In this document: one piece after another, positions 29,329 to 38,754 of the stretch | Layout of the letters: every line of letters starts with the position of its first letter | Position numbering within the stretch: the stretch's first letter is position 1 | From: a virus | Strand: one strand, 5' to 3' | Virus record (IMG/VR): IMGVR_UViG_3300016667_000188 | Location: 9,026-73,025 of that record | DNA length: 64,000 bases | Notes under the pieces: model-generated | What the model was told of the DNA's origin: nothing | Database searches by the model: none | Seen by the model: the letters and a program-made list of their open reading frames with translations, nothing else | Program-made: the position numbers and the translations under genes

Positions 29329-30342
29329 ATGTCTATCGAACAAAAAATTGCTCAGATTCTTGCTGAATCTAAAAAGCAAAAACTAGATGAAGCTAAATTA
29401 GCTGGCGCTGAAACAGGCGCAAAAGATGTTGCCGCTGGCGCATCTGGCGAAAAGGCTGTCATCCGTCAAGGTGACGCTGTACCAAATGGTGGCGAAACAC
29501 CTAATCCAGATGCTGCACGTAATAACGTGGATGATGAAAAGGATGCAGAAAAGGCACCAACAGGTTCTATGAACCCACACAATGGTGACCAGACTCCTGT
29601 TCGTCAAGGTAATGCTGTTAAAGGCATGAAAGAAGATATGGATGCGCTTTTCAATGGTGAAGAGCTAACAGAAGATTTTAAAACTAAAGCTGCAACGATT
29701 TATGAAGCTGCAGTTTTAGCACGTGTTAACGAAGAAGTTGCACGTATCGAAGCAGAATTCGAAGCGAAACTTGCTGAGCAAGTTGAGCAGAATACTCAAG
29801 GGATTGTTGAACAAGTTGATGGATATCTTGGCTATATTGCCGAGCAGTGGATTGCACAGAATGAATTAGCCCTAGAGCGTGGTATCAAGTCTGAGATTTT
29901 AGAAAGTTTCATCGAAGGCATGAAAGGTCTTTTCGAAGAGCACTATATTGACATTCCAGAAGAAAAGTACGATGTACTTGGCGAGATGGAAGAATCAATC
30001 GCTACTTTGGAAGCTAAGCTGAACGAACAAGTTGAAGCCAACGTACAGTTGACTAAGACTTTGGCAGAAGCAAAGCGCCAAGAGATCGTTAAGTCTATCA
30101 GTGAAGGATTGACTGACTCTGAAACTGAAAAGTTTATGAGCCTAGTTGAAGAACTTTCTTATGAAGACGAACAAACTTACGAGACTAAAGTAAAGACTAT
30201 CCGTGAAAATTATTTCTCTGGTAAGAAAACTGAAGTTCCATCTGTTGTTACTGACGCTCCAGTAGAAGTGTTGACTGAGGAAAAGAAAGTTACTTTCGAT
30301 CCAAAAATGTCTGCATATCTATCAGCACTCAACAAAATCTAA
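29329..30342 (+). CDS. 22: scaffold protein (gp22-like)
   Basis: Acidic coiled-coil protein between the protease and MCP genes. Confidence 0.65.
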   Translation: MSIEQKIAQILAESKKQKLDEAKLAGAETGAKDVAAGASGEKAVIRQGDAVPNGGETPNPDAARNNVDDEKDAEKAPTGSMNPHNGDQTPVRQGNAVKGMKEDMDALFNGEELTEDFKTKAATIYEAAVLARVNEEVARIEAEFEAKLAEQVEQNTQGIVEQVDGYLGYIAEQWIAQNELALERGIKSEILESFIEGMKGLFEEHYIDIPEEKYDVLGEMEESIATLEAKLNEQVEANVQLTKTLAEAKRQEIVKSISEGLTDSETEKFMSLVEELSYEDEQTYETKVKTIRENYFSGKKTEVPSVVTDAPVEVLTEEKKVTFDPKMSAYLSALNKI

Positions 30343-30358
30343 TTAAAGGAAAATAAAC

Positions 30359-31660
30359 ATGACAACTCGTCAAGCTCTAATGGAAAAATGGGCACCAGTG
30401 TTGAATCACGAAGGTGCACCAGCTTTCAAAGATAACTACCGCAAGGAAGTTACAGCCGTTCTTTTGGAAAACCAAGAACGTGAAATGCAAAAACAAGCCG
30501 AAGCCCTTTTCGAAGCTGTACCAACTAACAACGGTGGTACTGGTGTTTCTCTAGGTGGCGCAGGTACTAACGCACAAATGGCAGGTTTCGACCCAGTTCT
30601 AATCAGCTTGGTTCGTCGTGCTATGCCACAATTGATCGCTTATGATATCGCTGGTGTTCAGCCAATGACTCAGCCAACTGGCTTGATCTTCGCAATGAAG
30701 TCTCGCTACGCTGCTCAAAACGGTACTGAAGCGTTGTTCAACGAAGCAGATACTGACTTCTCTGGTACTGGCACTCACGCTGGTTCTTCTTGGGATCCAG
30801 CAAATAACACTACTGGTACTGCAATGGGTACAGCTGCTGCTGAAGCTCTAGGTTCTTCTGGTGGTGGTGCTTTCGGTGAGATGGCATTCTCTATCGAAAA
30901 GACTTCTGTAACTGCAAAGACTCGTGCTTTGAAGGCTGAATACTCTATCGAATTGGCACAAGACTTGAAATCTGTTCACGGTCTTGACGCTGAAGGCGAA
31001 TTGAGCAACATCCTTTCTACAGAAATCCTTTCTGAAATCAACCGTGAAGTTGTTCGTACTGTTTACACTGCTGCTAAAGCAGGTGCTGCAGTTGGTACTG
31101 CCACTGCTGGTACTTTCGACCTAGACGTTGACTCTAACGGTCGTTGGTCTGTTGAAAAGTTCAAGGGTCTAATGTTCCAAATCGAACGTGAAGCCAATGC
31201 TATCGGTCAACAAACTCGTCGTGGTCGTGGTAACATCATCATCACTTCTGCAGACGTTGCTTCTGCATTGGCGATGGCTGGTGTTCTAGATTATTCTTCT
31301 GCTCTAACTGGCAAGAATAACCTAACTGTTGACGACACTTCTACTACTTTCGCTGGTGTTCTAAACGGCAAGTACAAAGTTTATGTTGACCCATATACTG
31401 CAAACGTATCTGCTAACCAATTCTTCGTTGTTGGTTACAAGGGTACTTCTGCGTTCGACGCTGGTATGTTCTACTGCCCATACGTTCCTCTACAAATGGT
31501 TCGTGCAGTTGATCCAAACAGCTTCCAACCAAAGATTGGTTTCAAGACTCGTTACGGTCTAGTTGCTAACCCATTCACTACTATCGACGCTGGCGCTGAT
31601 GGTCTTGCTTCTGGTAACAACTACTACTACCGCAAAGTTAAGGTTACTAACCTAATGTGA
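30359..31660 (+). CDS. 23: major capsid protein (T4 gp23-like)
   Basis: QLIAYDIAGVQPMTQPTGLIFAMKSRY and KAEYSIELAQDLKSVHGLDAEGELSNILSTEILSEINREVV align to T4 gp23. Confidence 0.9.
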   Translation: MTTRQALMEKWAPVLNHEGAPAFKDNYRKEVTAVLLENQEREMQKQAEALFEAVPTNNGGTGVSLGGAGTNAQMAGFDPVLISLVRRAMPQLIAYDIAGVQPMTQPTGLIFAMKSRYAAQNGTEALFNEADTDFSGTGTHAGSSWDPANNTTGTAMGTAAAEALGSSGGGAFGEMAFSIEKTSVTAKTRALKAEYSIELAQDLKSVHGLDAEGELSNILSTEILSEINREVVRTVYTAAKAGAAVGTATAGTFDLDVDSNGRWSVEKFKGLMFQIEREANAIGQQTRRGRGNIIITSADVASALAMAGVLDYSSALTGKNNLTVDDTSTTFAGVLNGKYKVYVDPYTANVSANQFFVVGYKGTSAFDAGMFYCPYVPLQMVRAVDPNSFQPKIGFKTRYGLVANPFTTIDAGADGLASGNNYYYRKVKVTNLM

Positions 31661-31685
31661 TCGGTAGCCGACTAGTTCGGTACTC

Positions 31686-31716
31686 AATGGGGATCTTCGG
31701 ATCCCCATTTTTATTT
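31686..31716 (+). terminator. rho-independent terminator (10-bp stem, UUCG tetraloop, U-run)
   Basis: aatggggatc-ttcg-gatccccatt followed by tttatttcc. Confidence 0.85.
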
Positions 31717-31729
31717 CCTAAATAAAAGT

Positions 31730-32248
31730 ATGGCTACATCTATTCCTTCCCAGTTAAATCCGTTATCACCAAACGGCTTCCAGTTCTCTGTGCAGAAACT
31801 GCCTGACATCACATTCTTTTGTCAGTCTGCTAACTTGCCAGGAATTATGCTAGGTGAACCAGAGTTTTATACTCCATTCTCAAGACAACCAATTCCAGGT
31901 GACACTCTATCATACCAACCTTTAGAGTTGCAGTTTTTGGTAGATGAGAATATGCAGAATTATAAAACTTTGTATAATTGGATCGTTGCTCTGGGTTTCC
32001 CAGAAAGTTACGATCAATACATCACTCACAATAATAGTGATACTACTGCATACGGTGAGTTGGCTAAAAATTATTCTGATGCTACATTGCAAATCTTAGA
32101 TAGCAACAATCTAGCAGTTCAGACTATCCAATTTTATGATGTGTTCCCAACAAATATTAGTTCTTTGCAATTTGCATCCACCAATGAAGATGTACAATAC
32201 CTTGTAGGTAACGTAACGTTTAAATTTGGTTGGTATAAAATGTTATAA
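31730..32248 (+). CDS. 3: tail completion/sheath terminator protein (gp3-like; gp19-family fold)
   Basis: NGFQFSVQKLPDITFFCQSANLPGI resembles the gp19-family N-terminus. Position after gene 23 matches the cyanomyovirus order. Confidence 0.5.
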   Translation: MATSIPSQLNPLSPNGFQFSVQKLPDITFFCQSANLPGIMLGEPEFYTPFSRQPIPGDTLSYQPLELQFLVDENMQNYKTLYNWIVALGFPESYDQYITHNNSDTTAYGELAKNYSDATLQILDSNNLAVQTIQFYDVFPTNISSLQFASTNEDVQYLVGNVTFKFGWYKML

Positions 32249-32255
32249 ATCAAAT

Positions 32256-32284
32256 TTGATTTTTTTGCAACTCTACTGTATAAT
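32256..32284 (+). promoter_or_regulatory. sigma70-like early promoter TTGATT-N17-TATAAT with TTTTTTGCA spacer element
   Basis: Seen directly. Same spacer signature as the promoters at 48216 and 58035. Confidence 0.55.
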
Positions 32285-32308
32285 GGTAGAGTCAAATTGA
32301 GGTACATT

Positions 32309-32746
32309 ATGAATATTGAACAACTGCAAGAAATGTGGGACGCCGACTGTCAGATTGATGACAACTTCCTTGGCGAAAACTCCACAGCAACCCCCAAACT
32401 TCACGCCAAGTACGTTAAGCTACTTGTGAACGTCAAACTCAAACACACTAAGTTGAGTTCGGACTATAACATTCTGCGTAAGAATAAATTTCGTTACTAT
32501 CGTGGCGAATTGTCACGTGATGAACTGACAGAACTTGGTTGGTCTCAGTGGCAAGGCGTCAAGCCTCTTAAGAATGAGATGGACGAATTTCTCACGGGTG
32601 ATAGCGAACTAAATACAATGAAGGTCAAGATTGAGTATCTTGAAACAATGATTTATTATCTTGAATCCGTTCTTGGACAGATCAAAGCCAGAGACTGGCA
32701 GATTAAAAGTGCAATCCAGTGGAAAATGTTCCTAGCTGGTCATTGA
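32309..32746 (+). CDS. uvsY: recombination mediator UvsY-like
   Basis: IEQLQEMW ... KYVKLLVNVKLKHTKLSSDYNILRKNKFRYYRGE ... WQIKSAIQWKMFLAG aligns to T4 UvsY. Confidence 0.6.
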   Translation: MNIEQLQEMWDADCQIDDNFLGENSTATPKLHAKYVKLLVNVKLKHTKLSSDYNILRKNKFRYYRGELSRDELTELGWSQWQGVKPLKNEMDEFLTGDSELNTMKVKIEYLETMIYYLESVLGQIKARDWQIKSAIQWKMFLAGH

Positions 32747-32778
32747 CAAATAAAGACTGCGGTTTCCTAAATAAGAGT

Positions 32779-33399
32779 ATGAACAAGTACTGCTTATACT
32801 GGATTCACTATCCAGACCAAAAAGACCCAATGTTGGAAGGATATATTGGTATCACTAGCGATTTTGATACCCGTATCCAGACACACTCCAAGTATACCAA
32901 ATACGCACATATTAAAAACCGTATTGATTCTGGTGCTATCGCTACAATTCTCTATGAAAATTTAACTAAAGAACAAGCAGAGAATCTAGAGCTGGTTCAC
33001 CGCCCAGAAGAAAATATTGGATGGAACATAGCTAAAGGTGGTAATATTCCTCCATCAAGGAAAGGTAAAGTTTCACCGAAGTCTCTATTAAAAGGTGATG
33101 ATAGAACAGCCAAACAAAAAGCTGGCGCTAAATCAAGGTCAGAAAAACTTCTTGGTAAAATAACAAGTAATGCCATTCCAGTCGAATTGTTTGGTAAAAG
33201 ATATCTATCTATAAAACATGCTTTACTAGATCTTAAGTTATCCAAATCACACTACTATAAATACAAGGAGTTAGTTGCTTCTGGTATGTCGTTTGGAAAT
33301 CCAGAGGAACTTAAAGAATATACATATAAATTGAGGAATGATAAGATATCCAAAACTCGTAAGGAGAAAGGGTATCATTATAATCAGTATACTAAATGA
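32779..33399 (+). mobile_element. GIY-YIG homing endonuclease (seg-like)
   Basis: N-terminus KYCLYWIHYPDQKDPMLEGYIGIT is a GIY-YIG motif. Inserted between uvsY and uvsW. Confidence 0.6.
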
Positions 33400-34874
33400 C
33401 TAAAGTTGTTATAGAGAAGTTAGATGAAGTTTATGTGCGTGTCTTTTCAGACCCAAGTATCGAGCAAGAACTTTGCGACTTCTTTACGTATGAATATCCA
33501 GGTGCAAGATTTACACCACAGTACAGAGCAAGATTGTGGGACGGTAAGGTTCGCCTGTACGATCAACTAAGAAAAACTCTTTATGTTGGTCTTTACGATT
33601 ATGTAAAGCATTTCTGCGAACGAAATGAATATCAGCTAGTGCTGAAAGGGGACAGTATATTTCCCGAACCAAAATATACAACCGAAACTGTCGAAGGTTT
33701 CGTCAAGACTCTAAAGCTACCAGAAAAAATTGAGATTCGTGATTATCAGATTGATGCTATCACCAAGGGCATCAACGATGAGAGAGTTGTGCTGCTATCT
33801 CCAACTGGCTCTGGTAAGTCATTCATCATTTATTCCCTAATGCGATACCACATCAGCAGAGGCAATAAATGCATTCTAATAGTTCCAACAACTTCACTTG
33901 TTGAGCAGATGTACTCTGACTTCGAGGACTACTCCAGCGTAAATGGTTGGTCAGTTGGCGCACACTGTCAAAAGTTGTACAGTGGATTCTCTAAAGAGTT
34001 CACTAAAGGTGTATTGATCACAACTTGGCAGTCTATTTACTTACAACCAAAATCTTGGTTCAGGCAGTTCAATGTTATTTTTGGTGATGAGGCGCACAGC
34101 TTTAAAGCCAAGTCTTTGACCACTGTTATGGAAAAGATGGATACGATTCGTTATCGTATCGGTACAACTGGTACACTAGACAACAAAAAGGTGCACAAGC
34201 TAGTTCTTGAAGGTATCTTTGGTCCAGTTCATAAAGTTATCACGACAAAGAAACTTATGGATTCTGGAAGATTGTCTAGCCTAAATATAACTTGTATAGT
34301 GCTTAAATACTCTGAGTCGATTCGTAAAGAACGGAATAAAAACACGTACCAAGATGAGATGGACTTTCTTGTTGGGAACGAATCCCGCAATAAGTTTATT
34401 CGGAATCTGGCAGTAAATTCTAAAGGTAACACGCTGGTTCTTTTTCAATACGTTGAAAAGCACGGCAAAGTTCTCTACGATCTTATCAAGGATAAAGTAC
34501 ACGATAAGCGAAAAGTGTTTTTCGTTTACGGTGGTACTGACACTTCAGACAGAGAAGCCATAAGACATATTACAAAGGATGAAGATGATGCAATCATCAT
34601 CGCATCTTACGGTACGTTTTCAACAGGTATTAATATCCCTTCTATTGAGAACGTAATCTTTGCATCTCCAACAAAGTCAAAAATTCGTAACCTACAATCT
34701 ATTGGTAGAGGATTGCGAAAGAAAGACGGAAAGGAAGCGTGTAATTTGTATGACATAGCTGACGACTTGCACTGGAAGTCTTGGAAGAATCATACGCTGA
34801 ATCATGCGGCAGAACGTTACAAAACGTATGCCGAAGAAGAATTTGATATTAAAGTCGTTGAGGTAGATCTATAA
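33396..34874 (+). CDS. uvsW: UvsW SF2 DNA helicase
   Basis: LLSPTGSGKS Walker A and DEAH box. The N-terminal 140 aa align to T4 UvsW. Confidence 0.85.
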   Translation: MTKVVIEKLDEVYVRVFSDPSIEQELCDFFTYEYPGARFTPQYRARLWDGKVRLYDQLRKTLYVGLYDYVKHFCERNEYQLVLKGDSIFPEPKYTTETVEGFVKTLKLPEKIEIRDYQIDAITKGINDERVVLLSPTGSGKSFIIYSLMRYHISRGNKCILIVPTTSLVEQMYSDFEDYSSVNGWSVGAHCQKLYSGFSKEFTKGVLITTWQSIYLQPKSWFRQFNVIFGDEAHSFKAKSLTTVMEKMDTIRYRIGTTGTLDNKKVHKLVLEGIFGPVHKVITTKKLMDSGRLSSLNITCIVLKYSESIRKERNKNTYQDEMDFLVGNESRNKFIRNLAVNSKGNTLVLFQYVEKHGKVLYDLIKDKVHDKRKVFFVYGGTDTSDREAIRHITKDEDDAIIIASYGTFSTGINIPSIENVIFASPTKSKIRNLQSIGRGLRKKDGKEACNLYDIADDLHWKSWKNHTLNHAAERYKTYAEEEFDIKVVEVDL

Positions 34875-35338
34875 TGTTAACAGGTAACGAGTTGTACGTT
34901 GTAGTTAGATTAGTGTCTGGGGAGCAGATTATGTGTGCGCTCCAGCAAGAAGACGACGAATATATTCAACTGCTCCATCCAATGGTCGTGCGCACCATTC
35001 CCAATTTCGAAACAGGCAAAGAGCACATTACAGCTGCTCCGTTTTGCGCCTTCACTGAAGAAGAATCTTTTGTCTTAAATAAGAAAGATGTTCTTTTCAT
35101 CAAACCACTGCGACAGCAATTCGTTCCGCACTATCTAAATATCGTTAGAGAGAGTCAACACATATCTTTCACTCCACGTGGACAAGATCCACAGTCTGTT
35201 ATTGATAATGAAGAAATGGAACATCTTAAAAGTATTACAGATAAGATTTCTGCCATCAGACAACTAAGTTCTATTGCTGAAGAGACAGAAGAAGAGAAAC
35301 ACCGAGTGTTTATCGAAGGTAACGATACTAAACACTAA
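34874..35338 (+). CDS. hypothetical protein
   Basis: 154-aa ORF with ATGA overlap to uvsW. Confidence 0.45.
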   Translation: MLTGNELYVVVRLVSGEQIMCALQQEDDEYIQLLHPMVVRTIPNFETGKEHITAAPFCAFTEEESFVLNKKDVLFIKPLRQQFVPHYLNIVRESQHISFTPRGQDPQSVIDNEEMEHLKSITDKISAIRQLSSIAEETEEEKHRVFIEGNDTKH

Positions 35339-35419
35339 TGGGTTAACGATCATCCCTAACTCCGTTAGTTTACCCTCAAGTCAACAAAAAAGCAAGTTTA
35401 TTTTGTAATGAAATAAAAC

Positions 35420-35448
35420 TTGTCTTCCACAACAAGTTATTGTATACT
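35420..35448 (+). promoter_or_regulatory. possible promoter TTGTCT-N17-TATACT upstream of gene 55, adjacent to a 7-11-bp hairpin (35391-35419)
   Basis: Seen in the sequence. Weaker match than the other promoters. Confidence 0.3.
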
Positions 35449-35486
35449 TACGGTTAGCTTTGTGGAAACAAAGGAAAATATATGTT

Positions 35487-36080
35487 ATGGCACATTACGT
35501 AAACAACGCTGACTTTTTGCAAGCGATATCAGAATACAAACAACAAGTAAACGAAGCTAAAGAAAAGGGGTTACCAAAACCAATCGTTAGCAATTACATC
35601 GGTGAATGTATATTAAAAATCGCTAACCATCTTTCGTACAAACCAAACTTCATCAACTACTCGTATCGTGACGATATGATTCTTGATGGTATTGAGAACT
35701 GCATTCAGTATATCGATAACTTTGACCCTACGAAATCTAACAACCCGTTCGCATACTTCACACAAATCATTTACTATGCATTCTTGCGTAGGATTGCTAA
35801 GGAAAAGAAGCAATCTTATATTAAAGGTAAGCTAATTCAAGACATGCCTTTTGAGGCATTTGAACTGCAAGAGCAAGATGAGACTGGAGAGTTTCACAAT
35901 GCATATCTTGAGTTTATGCAAAATAATCACAACTTCGATGATTCGTTTATTGAACGCAAAAAAGAAAAAAAGAAAAAGAAGCAAGCTAGTTTAGATAATT
36001 TTATAGGTGAAGAAAATGGCGAATCCAATCCAACAATTGATACGGAATCTGACATCGGGGACTCCTCCAGCTATAGCTAG
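35487..36080 (+). CDS. 55: late-transcription sigma factor gp55
   Basis: YVNNADFLQAI...IGECILKIANHLSYKPNF..Y...MILDGIENCIQYIDNFD aligns to T4 gp55. An AAGGAAA RBS lies upstream. Confidence 0.85.
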   Translation: MAHYVNNADFLQAISEYKQQVNEAKEKGLPKPIVSNYIGECILKIANHLSYKPNFINYSYRDDMILDGIENCIQYIDNFDPTKSNNPFAYFTQIIYYAFLRRIAKEKKQSYIKGKLIQDMPFEAFELQEQDETGEFHNAYLEFMQNNHNFDDSFIERKKEKKKKKQASLDNFIGEENGESNPTIDTESDIGDSSSYS

Positions 36081-36183
36081 ATCGCCTATTCGTCGTGCAC
36101 GTAGATCTAGAAATCGTCGTAAAAAAATTCTAAGAAGATACGCATGGGATGCAACTGATAACATTTTAAACTTGAGTAAGATT

Positions 36184-37206
36184 ATGAACCAAAGTGAAAC
36201 AGAAAATAGAATCTTTTTGGGTACATCTGATTTCGATGACCTGATTAAATCTCAACTGCTAGAACGTCGTGTTACAGCAGGACAAAATACTCTCCATCGT
36301 CAAACAACTGTTCTGTGCAACCGTGCAAGTTGGGCTGAGTGGATGGAAAGTGTATTCAAGGATTACTTGATCGTCCAAGGTAATAGTTCTAATGGTTTTA
36401 TCATTGAGCAAGAAACCAACAACTACATCGATTACAATGTCAACAGCAACACAACTGATGTTCGTGCTTCTGGTGACCAAGAGTTTGTTGAGTCTATTGT
36501 TGGGCTAGTTGAATCTAAATTCTCTGTTGTTACCTCTTACATCGAATGGATCTATTCCAGCGATGGTAACTCTGTCAACGTGCCGCTTAATCGTGAGCGA
36601 CTACCAGTCGAAGAAATGTACCCATTCTTGAATGGTGAGTCTTTAGCTTCTTACTACAAGCGTTATATGGAATCCAATGCCAACATTCTGTTACTGATTG
36701 GTCCTCCAGGAACTGGTAAGACTACATTTATTCGTGGTCTGCTGGCGCAAACAGACTCTTCTGCTATCGTTTCTTATGATGCAAACATTCTTGACAAAGA
36801 TGGGTTCTTCGCTCGCTTTATCGAAGACGATGCCAGCATTATGGTTCTCGAAGATAGCGATGCGTTCTTGAAGAGCCGTTCTGATGGTAACACAATGATG
36901 CACCGATTCCTTAACGTCGGCGATGGTCTTGTTACAACCAAGGGTAAGAAGATGATCTTTTCTACCAACCTTCCAAGCATCCGTGATATCGACAGCGCAT
37001 TGGTTCGTCCAGGTCGTTGTTTTGATATTGTTACGTTTGATCTCTTGAGTGTACAAGAAGCGCAAGCATTGGCAACTCGTCTTAATGTTACGCTGCCTGT
37101 ACGCCCACGTGGTAAAGAAACTCAGAAATATTCTATTGCAGAAGTGTTCAATGAACAAATCAATGCACCTTCAGCACAGAGTAATCGTAAGGTAGGATTT
37201 ATTTGA
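36184..37206 (+). CDS. AAA+ ATPase (Walker A GPPGTGKTT, Walker B IMVLEDSDAF)
   Basis: Motifs seen. Not part of the canonical T4 55-47-46 order. The ORF is open back to 36007, giving an alternative Arg-rich N-terminus that overlaps gene 55. Confidence 0.55.
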   Translation: MNQSETENRIFLGTSDFDDLIKSQLLERRVTAGQNTLHRQTTVLCNRASWAEWMESVFKDYLIVQGNSSNGFIIEQETNNYIDYNVNSNTTDVRASGDQEFVESIVGLVESKFSVVTSYIEWIYSSDGNSVNVPLNRERLPVEEMYPFLNGESLASYYKRYMESNANILLLIGPPGTGKTTFIRGLLAQTDSSAIVSYDANILDKDGFFARFIEDDASIMVLEDSDAFLKSRSDGNTMMHRFLNVGDGLVTTKGKKMIFSTNLPSIRDIDSALVRPGRCFDIVTFDLLSVQEAQALATRLNVTLPVRPRGKETQKYSIAEVFNEQINAPSAQSNRKVGFI

Positions 37207-37367
37207 TGTATAAAGTTACTTACTATCTCACTGGCACATCACGTGTCATATTTAAACTGTGTGAAACTCTTGGCGAGGCTACTGAATTTTCTAACAGTCT
37301 CCCGATAAACAGCGTTATAGAGATTAAACTTTGTAAAGAATATCCCAAGAAAGAAGATCGTTCATGA
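37206..37367 (+). CDS. small ORF (53 aa) bridging the AAA gene and gene 47 by ATGA overlaps
   Basis: MYKVTYYLTGTSRV... Both ends overlap the neighbouring genes as ATGA. Confidence 0.25.
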   Translation: MYKVTYYLTGTSRVIFKLCETLGEATEFSNSLPINSVIEIKLCKEYPKKEDRS

Positions 37368-38416
37368 AGGTTGCTATTATAACTGATCAACATTTTGGCG
37401 CACGAAATGATAGTGTGGCATTTTTAGATTATTTTGAGAAGTTTTATGATACCATATTTTTTCCTACGTTGGATGAAGCCAATATTTCTACTGTTCTTAT
37501 TCTTGGCGATACATTTGATCGCCGTAAGTATGTAAACTTCTATGCTCTTGAGCGAGCAAAGAAAATGTTTTTCGACAAGCTAGCTGTTCGTAACATCAAA
37601 GTTTATATGCTTGTCGGTAACCACGACACATACTACAAAAACACTAACGAAGTTAATTCTCCTGATTTACTCTTACAAGAGTATACAAACATCCACGTAA
37701 TTGATCATCCAGCCACAATCTACGTTGATGATATTCCTATCTGTATGATGCCATGGATTTGTCCCGAGAACTATCAAGATTCTATTGATACGATCAAAGA
37801 CACCCAAGCAGAAATTTGTATGGGGCATTTTGAAATTGCTGGTTTCTCGATGTATAGAGGGATGGAAAGCCATGAAGGAATGGGTAAAGAAATATTCGAA
37901 AAATTTGATATGGTTTTCAGTGGGCACTATCACCACCGCAGTAATGATGGTCACATTTATTACTTGGGTAATCCCTATGAACTCACATGGCAAGATTATA
38001 ATGACCCCAGAGGATTTCACTTGTTCGATCTTGGTACAAGAAGACTCGACTTTATCCAAAATAGTTATCGTATGTTTGAGCGAATTGAATATAACGACAA
38101 GGAACGAGATCCCATTGACCTCGACACCCTCGATCTCAAAGGGATATATGTAAGGTTAGTCGTAGTCAACAAAACTGATTACTATAAATTTGACAAGTTC
38201 GTTCAGAAGTTGTATAATAAATCTTGCGCTGACATTAAGATCATCGAAGATTTATCTGAGTTTGGCGATGGTGAGATCGGCGAAGAAATTAGTTTAGAGG
38301 ATACTCTTTCTGTTTTAACCCACTATGTTGATAGTATTGAAACTGATGTTGACAAAGACCAGATCAAGAACTATATGCGTAGTCTCTACACAGAAGCAGT
38401 GAATGTTGAAGTATGA
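37364..38416 (+). CDS. 47: recombination endonuclease subunit gp47 (Mre11/SbcD-like phosphoesterase)
   Basis: DQHFG, GDTFDRR, GNHDT and GHFEI metallophosphoesterase motifs. Confidence 0.85.
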   Translation: MKVAIITDQHFGARNDSVAFLDYFEKFYDTIFFPTLDEANISTVLILGDTFDRRKYVNFYALERAKKMFFDKLAVRNIKVYMLVGNHDTYYKNTNEVNSPDLLLQEYTNIHVIDHPATIYVDDIPICMMPWICPENYQDSIDTIKDTQAEICMGHFEIAGFSMYRGMESHEGMGKEIFEKFDMVFSGHYHHRSNDGHIYYLGNPYELTWQDYNDPRGFHLFDLGTRRLDFIQNSYRMFERIEYNDKERDPIDLDTLDLKGIYVRLVVVNKTDYYKFDKFVQKLYNKSCADIKIIEDLSEFGDGEIGEEISLEDTLSVLTHYVDSIETDVDKDQIKNYMRSLYTEAVNVEV

Positions 38417-38754
38417 AACAGCTTGAAATTGAATTCTTTTGGCCACTTACACAGCAGGTGCCACTTGACTTAGACTTCACTCCTTGTGAAGAGTATGCTG
38501 CTGAGAAACAGCGCCAACTTTATAGTAACAGCACCGTACTTTCTATCGGTAATGGTGGAATTGGTTCTTGGAATGGAGTCGCTACAGTTTCTAACGACAT
38601 ATCTCTAAAGAATCTAGTTGAATTTAGACCTTCACCTAAGTCAGTCGGCTACTGGAAAGTTTCTCCAGAAGTGAATTATTATGTGTCTAAAGAACCAAAT
38701 TGGTTTGTTAAGAAAATGACCAAGCTATTACTTGGTTGGGAATGGGGTAAATAA
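38413..38754 (+). CDS. hypothetical protein
   Basis: 113-aa ORF between 47 and 46. Confidence 0.4.
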   Translation: MKQLEIEFFWPLTQQVPLDLDFTPCEEYAAEKQRQLYSNSTVLSIGNGGIGSWNGVATVSNDISLKNLVEFRPSPKSVGYWKVSPEVNYYVSKEPNWFVKKMTKLLLGWEWGK

